Assembly: GCA_977017645.1 (NCBI GenBank)
Contig: OZ360241.1
Location: 35,836,001 to 35,900,000 of the forward strand
Direction of reading: 5' to 3'
Source: Torpedo marmorata
Taxonomy: Eukaryota
DNA: 64,000 nt
The notes under the pieces are model-generated. The model worked only from the letters and a program-made list of their open reading frames with translations. It did no database searches and was not told the origin of the DNA. Numbering within the stretch: position 1 is the stretch's first letter; each line of letters starts with the position of its first letter. Below are positions 54,531 through 64,000 of the stretch, piece by piece. The position numbers and the translations under genes are program-made.

Positions 54531-54705
54531 ATGCTGTGACTGTGGTAAAACACAGAAATGCTGGAGGAACTCAGCCGGTCTCATAGTGTCCACAGGAGGT
54601 AAAGATACCTTGAAGAAGGGCTCAGGCCCGAAACGTCGGTAATACATCTTTATCTCCTACGGACGCTGTGAGACCTGCTGAGTTCCCCCAGCATTGTGAT
54701 TTTAC
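54531..54705. mobile_element. Palindromic Penelope-derived element nested in hAT copy A
   Basis: AATGCTGGAGGAACTCAGC / GCTGAGTTCCCCCAGCATT arms with hammerhead-like core at 54606-54641. Confidence 0.75.
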
Positions 54706-55071
54706 AACTCAATTTACAAACACGAGTTCGGCTTCTCCCTTTCGTTTTGCTGAGATTTCATTCAAAACAATTTATACATTACACGTTTTCTACAACTGTC
54801 ACACGAATAATAACAGACCAAATATCCCTGCAGCGAAGGAACGAAGTCAGCTTTCATTTATTAATAAAACTTGATTATGCAAAATCACAGAAAAACAATG
54901 ATTAAAAACGTAGACATATTAAAGTTTAAACAATCGCTATCACCTTTGGTTGTGTAATTTGAAGAGACATCACTGATTTAGTTTAATATTATGTAAATCC
55001 AACAATTAATTTAATGTGCAACCTTTTTTGCTGACCCTGCCTATTTCAATGAAATGTTAAAGCGGTGGGCC

Positions 55072-55172
55072 CGTCCCCCGTCCCGCTGGGCAGGGAGGAG
55101 GTCGCCGTCCCCCGTCCCGCTGGGTAGGGAGAGGTCGCCGTCCCCGTCCCGCTGGGCAGGGGGAGGTCGCCG
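55072..55172. repeat. About 3 copies of a 30-31 bp GC-rich tandem repeat inside hAT copy A
   Basis: CGTCCCC(C)GTCCCGCTGGG(C/T)AGGG..AGGTCGC repeated. Confidence 0.85.
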
Positions 55173-55573
55173 TGCCGCTCAGGCTGGGTGGGCGACCGCG
55201 GAAACCCACCGCGGCCCCGGGAGTAGACACGGGGAGGAAGGGCGGATAGTGGAGCGATACCAGTAACATAGAATGCCAGTTGATGAGTTGATTTCGGAGT
55301 TAAGATTGGAAATGTTAAACCAACAATAGAAAGATTAAAAAGTTGCAACTGCAGAATCCAAATTGGATTACAGTATTGATTTCCTTACTTCAACCTTTGT
55401 GTAGTAATTGTGAACAGTGTCAGAAATAGTCTAATAAACAAATTCAAACCAAACAAGCCTTGAAATCATGAACAAGAACCTAAACAATTAATCAGAGATA
55501 AGAAAGCAGCTTTCGCACAAACTGTGTTAGCAGGTGAATAGCCTTCAAATGATTATGGCAGTTGCTGACTTAC

Positions 55574-55953
55574 CTTCCTTCTGCTTCTGGTAGTCAGCTC
55601 CAAAGATTTCGTAGGGTGTTGAGCCGGCCCTCGATGCCGGGATGATGCCATTGGTGGCCGTGGCAGCCGTCGCCATGGCTAGCCCGGCTTCTGCAGCCCC
55701 TCCTCTGGCGTACATGCACTGCAGCTCCCTGGCCTCGTTCTCTTCTTGCGCTTGCTGCTGCCGGAGAGCCACCTGTGCAGCCATGACCCGTTGCCTCTCG
55801 GCGATCAGCATGCACTTGGCACATATGCAGTCCCTCCAGCGGCATAAGCGCTTGTGACCCTTGAACGCCAAGACCACGCCATGGTTACGACAGCGGGCGT
55901 GGTTCGGGGGTAACGCTCGGCGGCGGCTCTGAGCTGCAGGACAGGAGGCAGAC
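55574..55953 (-). pseudogene. Captured DMRTA-type (DMRTA1/DMRT4 or DMRTA2/DMRT5) DM-domain exon fragment, frameshifted
   Basis: [17 protein letters not shown] / frameshift / [81 protein letters not shown]|GTAAGT (donor at plus strand 55568-55573); 5'-truncated, no start codon, no downstream DMA exon in the window. Confidence 0.9.
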
Positions 55954-56102
55954 CTCAGACTCACTTTTTCATTGTTTGCGCCAACTTTTCGTGACGTGTG
56001 ACGGGTGGTGACGTAATAATGTCGTCATGGAGATGGTAAACATAAGCTCGCAGGGAGTCGTGGCTGCAGCCTGCAGTACGAAGTAAGTCCCTAAAAGTAT
56101 TA

Positions 56103-56331
56103 AAAAACATAAATGCTGCAGAAACTCAGCAGGTCAAACAGTGTCTTTTATGTAGCAAAGATAGAAATACATAATCGACGTTTCGGGCTTGAGATGAAGG
56201 GCTCAAGCCCGAAACGTCGATTATGTATTTCTACCTTTGCTACATAAAAGACACTGTTTGACCTGCTGAGTTTCTCCAGCATTTGTGTTTTTTACTTCAA
56301 CCACGGTGTCTACAGATTTTCGTGTTTTACT
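56103..56331. mobile_element. Palindromic Penelope-derived element nested in hAT copy A
   Basis: Near-perfect foldback about 56105-56292; 15-bp TSD TCCCTAAAAGTATTA at 56088-56102 and 56332-56346. Confidence 0.85.
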
Positions 56332-56999
56332 TCCCTAAAAGTATTACTTGTTTACTTCTGAATGTTTATATGTTTGGAACCTAATTTAGATAACAAAATA
56401 GTTTTTGTAATGAAAAAAATATATACAAAAGTACTGAAAAACTCAGGCAGCTCGGGCCCCTTCAGCCTCGTCAGCCTAATGGTTAATCCGCCACTGAGCG
56501 TAGACAAACACATTTAATGGACCGTTAAGCCACACACTTCTACTTTTCAATCTATGACTCTTTAAATATGTCTTTTACGCAAAATATAATTTCCTGCAAA
56601 AGTGCAATGGGTATGTTCGCGAAAATAATATTGTAGACTTCAATGGAAATTTACAGGGTATATTTCCTTTCAAATGGAGGGCGAAATCTTCCTGGAAAAT
56701 ATGTGTGCATTAGTGACACACGCCAGAATTGATATATAAAAATCAAATAATAAATAGTGAGGATTCAATAATGTGCCATGAGGTAATATTGCCAGGATCT
56801 GCCTCTTGCTTCAACACAAGAAGAAGTTATTGGCTGGGGTATTAGTTACCTGTTAACTTCACTGAAAGGAAGATAAGATTAAGAATGTACAGGAGTGAGA
56901 AGAAGTCAGTATTGGTTGGTACAGTATATTGGTAAGAAAGTAGCTAACGCAGTCATTATGAATGGGCTGAATTGACAAATGTTATTGAGAAGAGATAAG

Positions 57000-58330
57000 A
57001 TCATTAGGAAATGAGAGTTGGAGGAGGGCACTCAGTATCTCAAACCTTTCCCACCATTCAAGAAGGTCATGCCTAATTTGCCTTAGGCATCTCTCCTGTC
57101 TTGTGAAGTTCCCCACAGCTTTCAATTTGACAATCTTTCAAAAATGTATCTACGGTACCTTTCCTTTAAATTCCCACCCCTATCCAAGACTTCACCTGTA
57201 CAACCCTCCATGGTAGAGAATTCCAGATATATACCATGCTTAGCAGGAAGAAATGAGTTTAAATGACCACCTCCCTAACTTGTAGCTATGTCCCCTCATT
57301 TGAGATCCTTTCACTAATGGAAATCTTGTGATATTTACTCTTTCATGCACCTATACCATCTTATACATTTCAGCAAGATCACCGCTGATTCTTTTGCTCT
57401 CTGAAGAAGACAGATCTAATTTCTTTAGCTGCTGGTGATAATATGTCAACACGCCCATCGTAGGAATTAGCCTTGGAAATCTCTTCTGGACTGTAACCAA
57501 TGCTAGAATATCCTTTCTAAAATAAAGGGACTAAACATGTGGCCTCAACAACAATACTTCCTTATTTCTAATACTCCAGCCCTCTTGTAATAAAGATCAA
57601 TATGCCTCTTGCCTGCCTATATGCTGCTAATGTATTTCAATTTGTGCCCAAGGACATCCAGATTCCACTGCAATCTTTCTACATTTAGATAATAGTCTGG
57701 CCTTAGATTCTTGTGCACAACTTCACACTAGACTTAATTTGCCAAGTTTTTGTCTGGCCATTCAACTTACCACTATCCTGTGGCAGAGTCTAAATATTCT
57801 TGTGGAGACATGCCCTTTCACTTATTTCCATGTCATTGGCAATCTTGGTTATCTTACACTTTGCCCCTCCTTCAAGTCAAGAATATACTGTACATCATGA
57901 ATAATTGAGGGGCAGGAACTGGTTCTTGGGAAACCCCACTCTTTACATCCTTGTAGCCTGAAAAATGATCCATTCCTTCCAACTCTTTGCCATCACCAAT
58001 CTTCAGTCCTTGGTCACTCACCAGCCAGAACACAGGGAGCTCTTGTCCCGTGCACCAGCCTTTCATGTAACTCCTTGTCAAATGCCTTCTGGAAATCCAG
58101 ACACACTAGATCTACAGGTTCCTCTTTATCGACTCTGCAAGTTATGAACTCAAGGAACTCAAACAAATGTGACAAACATGATTTACCTTTCATAAAAGCA
58201 TGATGACTTGGTTTGATTGCATTAAACTTCTCTGAATGACTAGCTATCTCTCCATTTAATATAGACTGCACCATCCCAATAACAGATGTTAAGTTAACAG
58301 GGCTATAGTTACCTTTTGTTTTCATCTTGT
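57000..58330 (-). mobile_element. Old CR1 LINE RT region and 3' end
   Basis: NYSPVNLTSV..HHAFMKGKSCLSHLFEF..VDLVCLDFQKAFDK..VKSGVSQ. Confidence 0.85.
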
Positions 58331-58664
58331 CTTCCTGAACAAGGGAATCACATTTACAGATCTCCAGTAAGAAATTTGAATTATTTGCACACCCGATAAA
58401 TCTGCTTTTAATGAAAGGGAAGTGACAATGGAAAACACCCCTTTGTCATATTGTGTTATAGATCTGCCCAAAGATGAATTTCTGACAAGAAGGAGATAAA
58501 AGGTTGCTGGGGCAGGCGGGACTGTGGTGGCGAGATTACAATCAGATTAGCCATGTCCATATTCAATGACAGAGTGGATGAGAGGGACTAAATGACCTAC
58601 TCCTGCTCCTGATTCACATATTGTGAGGACAAACAACTCTCAGGCACACAAAAAATGAGCAATT

Positions 58665-59180
58665 AGAGTCATAGAGTTGGCCCCACTTGTCCATCCTGAC
58701 CAAGTTGGCATTCTGGGCTAGTCCCATTTGCCTGCATTTGGTCCATATCCTAAGCTCTTCCTATCCATAAATCTGTCTGTTTTTTGAATGTCAAAATTGA
58801 GCCCACTTGTACAGTTTTATCTGGCAGCTGGGAATACCCTCTAAATGAAAAGGTTGCCTCTCAGGTCCTTCTTAAATACCCCCTCTCTCATTTTAAATCT
58901 TTGCTCTCTAGTTCTAGAATCATCTACCCCAGGAAAAAGACTGTGAGCATTCATTTTATCCACACGCCGCTCATGGATTTTAAAACCTCTATAAGGTCAT
59001 CCCTCCGCCTCCTACGCTCTCGAGAATAAAGACCCAGCCTGCCCAACCTTTCCCTATAACTCAATCCCTCCAGTCCTGGCAACATCCCTGGTGAATCACC
59101 TCTGCATCCCTTCCAATTTATTGATATTCTTTCTATCGCTGAGCGACCAGAACGGCACACAGTATTCTTAGTGTGGCCTC
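58665..59180 (-). mobile_element. CR1 LINE 3' part
   Basis: MLPGLEGLSYRERLGRLGLYSRERRRRRDDLIEVLK. Confidence 0.85.
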
Positions 59181-59199
59181 ACTAACAGCAACAATTGAA

Positions 59200-59695
59200 C
59201 GATCGCTTCAGGCTGGGAGGTTGGAGCACAAGATGGACTTTTCCTGGTTGCCCCTTTCTGCAGCCTTCTGCATTCCTTGGCACCTGAGTTTCCAAACCAG
59301 GCCCTGGTGCAACCAGTCAGTGTACTTTCCACAGTGCACCTGTGGACATTTGATGGAGTATTTGACAACATGCCAAATTCACTAATATTTCTTAGAAAGT
59401 ACAGGCATTGGTGTGCCTTCTTTATGGTTGCCTCGATGTGCTGGATCCAACATGTGGACTCCCAGGAACTTGAAGGTATTAACTCTCTCCACTAATCAAT
59501 GAACATATGTGTGTGGTTCCTCAGCCTCCCCTTCCTAAAATCAACAATAAGTTCCTTGGTGTTCGTGATGCTGAGAGCAAGATTGTTGTTCTGACACCAC
59601 TCAACCAGGTTCTCAATGTCCATCCTATATTCTGACTCTTCATTTCCTGTTATTCAGCCAACAATGGTGGTGTTGTTGGTGAAATTATAGATTGC
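59200..59695 (-). mobile_element. Decayed Rex-Babar-type LINE fragment
   Basis: RCTVESTLTGCTRAWFG; ACCAAGGAACTTATTGTTGATTTTAGG (TKELIVDFR) on the minus strand. Confidence 0.7.
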
Positions 59696-60499
59696 ATTGC
59701 TATTTGACAGATTGACTCTGTTTCAGATGCTGTATAACCTGCTGAGTATTTCCAGCATTTTCCATTATTGCTTCATCTGCTTTGGTAGAAACGGACTCAT
59801 TACCAGTGAGCAGTGATGATCCTCCAGAGTGGTGGAGCCCACACCCTCTGTTGATGTGGTAGAGCTGTTGGATGCTTCAGGCTTCAGATGGAAAAGCATT
59901 AGAAGCAGAGGCCAGTTTGCGAGTGGGTGTGAAGAATTCGAGATGCAGACAAGTGGGGGGTGGACTGATAGCTCTCTTCGGCAAAGTGATCAATCAATTT
60001 ACATTTGGTCTCTGCGTTTTAGAGGAGGCTGCTCTGTGACAAGTAATGACAGACACAAACTCGGAATAAATGCAGATAAATTGATGTTTTAACTGAAAGG
60101 AAACTTTGGGCCCTGGGGAGAGGTGGAAGGTTAGGTGACATAAAGCAAGTTGCAAATGAATACACGTGACTGAATAATGTATGATTAATTATTAATCCCA
60201 TCATTAATTTCATATTTAATCAGCATGTGTACTGGAACCAAGCCACATTTGAAGGTTTTTTTTTAAGTGGCCTGGCACCACACAGCAAGTAGTGCAAGAG
60301 ACCCAGGTTCGGTCCCGAAGTGGGGTGCCGCGTAGGTCTCCCCCAGGGCTCCTGATTCCTCCCACATCCCGAAGACATGCCAGTTATTGGGCTAATTAGC
60401 CACTGCAAATTTTCCTGAGTGTGTAGGTGAGGGGTAGAATCTAGGGGTGTTGATGAGGATGTAGGATTTGTTCAAATATGTGGTTGATGATCAGCATGG

Positions 60500-61000
60500 A
60501 CTTGGAGAAAACTTCTACAGCTGTACCGTGGAGAGCATTCTGGCTGGTTGCATCACTGTCTGGTATGGAGGCGCCAACTCTCAGGACAAGAATAAACTCC
60601 AGAGGATTGTTAACTCGGCCTGCGACATCACAGGCACCAGGCTTCACTCCATCGAGGACATCTACATGAGGCGGTGTCTTATGAAAGCAGCCTCTATCCT
60701 CAAAGACCCCCATCACCCAGGCCATGCCCTCTTCACTCTGCTACCATCGGGAAAAAGGTACAGGAGCCTAAAGACGAGCACTCAATGGCACAAGGACAGC
60801 TTCTTCCCCACTGCCATCAGATTCCTGAATAATCAATGAACCAAAGACACTGCCTTACTTTTCGTGCACTATTATTTTTATTGTTTTTTATATAGTAATG
60901 TTGTAAGATGGTTATAATATGAATGTTTGCACTATGATGCTGCTGCAAAACACCGAATTTCATGACTTGTTCATGACAATAAATTCTGATTCTGATTCTG
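60500..61000 (+). mobile_element. Rex-Babar-type LINE 3' end
   Basis: FYSCTVESILAGCITVWYG..KDPHHPGHALFTLLPSGKRYRS; (TTCTGA)n tail. Confidence 0.88.
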
Positions 61001-62363
61001 AGAGCTGAAGGGCCTATTTCCATCCTGTATCTCTCTATGGTTACAAATGGTAACAAAACCCAAAAACTTTGTTTTAAAGAAACTGGCACCTTTAACACCC
61101 AAATGATAAAGTTAGATTTAGAATTTACATGTTTGCTCTTCATAGACTGGGTTGTTAGTGGTTTTCCACATTAATTCGTACTCTTCTTCTTTTACCCTAA
61201 CAGCAGGTTGCTCTCACATGGATGGTGTGCCCTTTCTGTCTTACTGTACAAAAGCAAAGAATAATAACTTTTAGATCCAGAGAACATAGACCACCAGTCT
61301 GCATGTCTGCAGCCCCCCTGAGTAAAATTATAAATACAGTTTAAAAATTACTCCTTCTATTCAGTATTCCTAAATCATTTAATGTTTTTTCCCCAATTGT
61401 TCTGAATTTACAAATGAGAATTTGAAAGTAATTTTCTAAAAATATTGTTTTTCAAAACTTTGTATTTGCAACAGTGCAATGTCACATGAAGCTAAAACAA
61501 AACTGTTACAGCAGTGAATATTCTTCTTGTCTCTAACTAACCATAAAACACCTCATGAGACAAGAACCCAGAATGAACTTGAATGTTGCTCCAAGTGAAA
61601 TAAAAAGACACTTTAACCATCTATTATACAGATATGATTGGTGGTCAGATATTTCATTGCCATAGAGTTTTACAGCACGGAAACATGCCAACCAAGCTAG
61701 TCCCATTTGCCTGCGTTCAATCCATATTATTCTAAACATTTCCCATCCAAGTACCTGTCTAACTGTCGTAAACATTACCATTGTTCCCACCTCTACCACT
61801 TCCTCTGGCATGGGTTACAGAAACTATTCACTTTTAGGTCCAGGTTTATGTGGAGCAAGTAACGTCTAACTGATTGGTCCTGGCTAATTTCAGCCTCATC
61901 TCACTCAGCTGAAACAAACATTCCTAAATCCCAGTGATCAGCAAAACTTTCCTTGCAAACTTTCAACAAGTTCACATGTGATTGAAAGGTTAAATATCAA
62001 CTCTAAATACTGACAATTAATGTATCAAGGTGATCGGGGTAATTTTATCCTGTCATAATTATAACCCTGCACTCCCTCAAGTTTAGTTTATCATTTGCAT
62101 ATTATCCTGTTGCTCTGAGAATGTCTCTAAAATAAATAAAAAACTGGTAATTGGTTTGTGTAGCACCCTTGTTTTTGGTTCTATGCGATACAATTTTGAT
62201 TTTAGTCAGAGTAGATTGAGCTGCAGTTCATTCCTGGATGAACTCATCGAAGACACCAAGATGAATTAGTTACCCCTGTGTGCTATTATTAACACACCTG
62301 GTATTTCCCTGCTCATTTTCTTTTGGCTAACCCATGAAGATGTTCGTGTTTTACTCCCTGCAG

Positions 62364-62490
62364 ACCCTGCCCTTGGAGTGAGTGATGGGACAGTGTAGAG
62401 GGGGATTGTAAGTGTAGGGCTTTACTCTGTATCTAACCCTGTGCTCTGTATCTCCCTGCCCTGGGAGTGTCTGATGGGACAGTGTAGAGG
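62364..62490 (+). repeat. Two partial units of the common elasmobranch ~68-bp tandem repeat
   Basis: CCCTGCCCTGGGAGTGT.TGATGGGACAGTGTAGAGG...CTTTACTCTGTATCTAACCC. Confidence 0.65.
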
Positions 62491-62794
62491 AGGTGGTGTA
62501 CAGCATCGCCAATATTTGCATAATACCCATTTCTACCCTAGCAACAACAATTGGAGCAGAGAGCTCTGCACTGTGACTGTCTCAGTTTCAATAGAACTAG
62601 GAACAGGTCATGAAAATTTGTTTGGTGATTTGTTATCTAAAGGTACACTCAGGCATCTGGGTACGTTTGAAGTAGGTAAAGTCTACAGTGTGCTGCAAAT
62701 AATTGGAAGTGTAGGCTGAATGTTGCCAAGTGGGATGAGTATAGAGAAGTACATGGTGGGCTGAGAGGACTCTATCCCTGCTGTCTGATTCTAT

Positions 62795-63850
62795 GAATCA
62801 GAATCAGAACTTATTGTCACGAACATGTCACAAAATTCATTGTTTTGCAGTAGCATTACAGTGCAAATATTGCTATAAAATTACATTTAATAATAAATAA
62901 GTTAGTGCAAAAAAATAAGTGAAAGTGAGGTAGTGTCTGTGGTTCGTTGTCCGTTCAGAAATCTGATGGCAGAGGGGAAGAAGCTGTTCTTGTGCTACTG
63001 GGTGTTCATCTTCAGGCTCCTATACCTCCATCCCAATGGGAGCAGTGTGAAGAGGTCATGGCCTGGGTGGTGAGGGTCCTTGAGGATAGAGGATGCCTTC
63101 TTAACACTGCCTCTTGGATAACACCAAAGAAAGCTCTGAGTCCCCCTGATGAATGGGCCCCCTGCATAGCCGCGGCCGAGGTGAGGAGAAACCTATCCAA
63201 GGTGAACTCACACAAGGAAGTGGGATCAGACAACATACCTGGTCGGGTACTGAAGAACTGAACAGACAAATTGATGGAGGTCTTCACGGACATCTTCAAC
63301 ACCTCACTGCAGCAGTCCACCGTTCCCACAGGGTTCAAGACAGCCACCATCATCCCGGTACCCAAGAGGGCGACAATAACAGATCTCAATGACTACTGCC
63401 CTGTGGCACTGACCTCCACCTTATGAAATGCTTTGAGCGTCTGGTGAAAGAACGTATCAAAGCACACCTCCCAGAGACGCTGGACCCATTTCAATTTGCC
63501 TATAGAAGAAACCGTTCCACAGATGATGCTATAGCCTTGTCGCTTCACACTGTCCTGTCCTGGAGAACGACGCATCATATGCAAGGCTGCTGTTCATTGA
63601 CTTCAGCTCGGCGTTTAATATGATCATTCCACAGAGACTGGTGGATAAGCTGTCCTCGCTGGGACTCAACACCCCTCTCTGTAATTGGATCCTGGACTTC
63701 CTAATGGAAAGACCACAGTCTGTCCGGGTCGGTAACAGAATGTCGAGCACTGTCACACTGAGCACTGGCGCACCTCAGGGCTGTGTGCTCAGCCTGCTCC
63801 TGTTCACGCTACTGACCCACGACTGCATCGCCAGATCCAGCTCCAACAAT
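62795..63850. mobile_element. Rex-Babar-type LINE with inverted parts (3' tail on minus strand about 62795-63119, RT on plus strand about 63120-63850)
   Basis: Antisense tail plus sense RT motifs [38 protein letters not shown]. Confidence 0.85.
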
Positions 63851-64000
63851 AGACAATAGGTGCAGGAGTAGGCCATTCAGCCCTTCGAGCCAGCACCGCC
63901 ATTCACTGTGATCATGGCTGATCATCCACAATCAGTACCCCGTTCCTGCCTTCTCCCCATATCCCTTGACTCCGCTATCTGAGCTCTATCTACTCTTTCT

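Larger units (their letters stand above)
54434..56496 (-). mobile_element. Non-autonomous hAT-family DNA transposon, copy A (2063 bp), carrying a DMRT exon
   Basis: Perfect 15-bp TIR CAGTGGCGGATTAAC (54434-54448) / GTTAATCCGCCACTG (56482-56496); perfect 8-bp TSD AGCGTAGA (54426-54433, 56497-56504); no transposase ORF. Strand is given relative to copy B. Confidence 0.95.

Noticed and set aside
55545-55964. 139-aa ORF as an intact functional DMRT gene
   Set aside because: Begins at GTG, the real upstream DMRTA sequence is in another frame, it runs through a splice donor, and it sits inside a TSD-flanked transposon.

Overview
Vertebrate genomic DNA, most likely a cartilaginous fish (HE1/V-SINE-like SINEs, an elasmobranch-type tandem repeat unit, abundant Penelope, Rex-Babar and CR1 LINEs). 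The only host gene I can firmly call is the 5' end of TCF12 (HEB) on the minus strand. It has coding exons at 10071-10142 and 9442-9514, a CpG-island promoter at about 11.2-12.0 kb, and a 1.45-kb C-rich minisatellite next to it. The main discovery is a non-autonomous hAT-type DNA transposon family with two copies in the window, each carrying a different captured host first exon. Copy A (54434-56496; perfect 15-bp TIRs, perfect 8-bp TSD AGCGTAGA) carries a frameshifted DMRTA1/DMRTA2-type DM-domain exon with its splice donor. Copy B (25223-25796) carries a ZNHIT3-like exon 1 with promoter sequence. Together they look like a Pack-MULE-like gene-capturing system. Also present: a Penelope element folded into an inverted repeat, many short palindromic Penelope-derived elements bearing minimal hammerhead ribozyme motifs, and some weak minus-strand exon candidates at 23-35 kb. 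TE boundaries without TSDs are approximate, and protein identifications are from recognition, not database searches.
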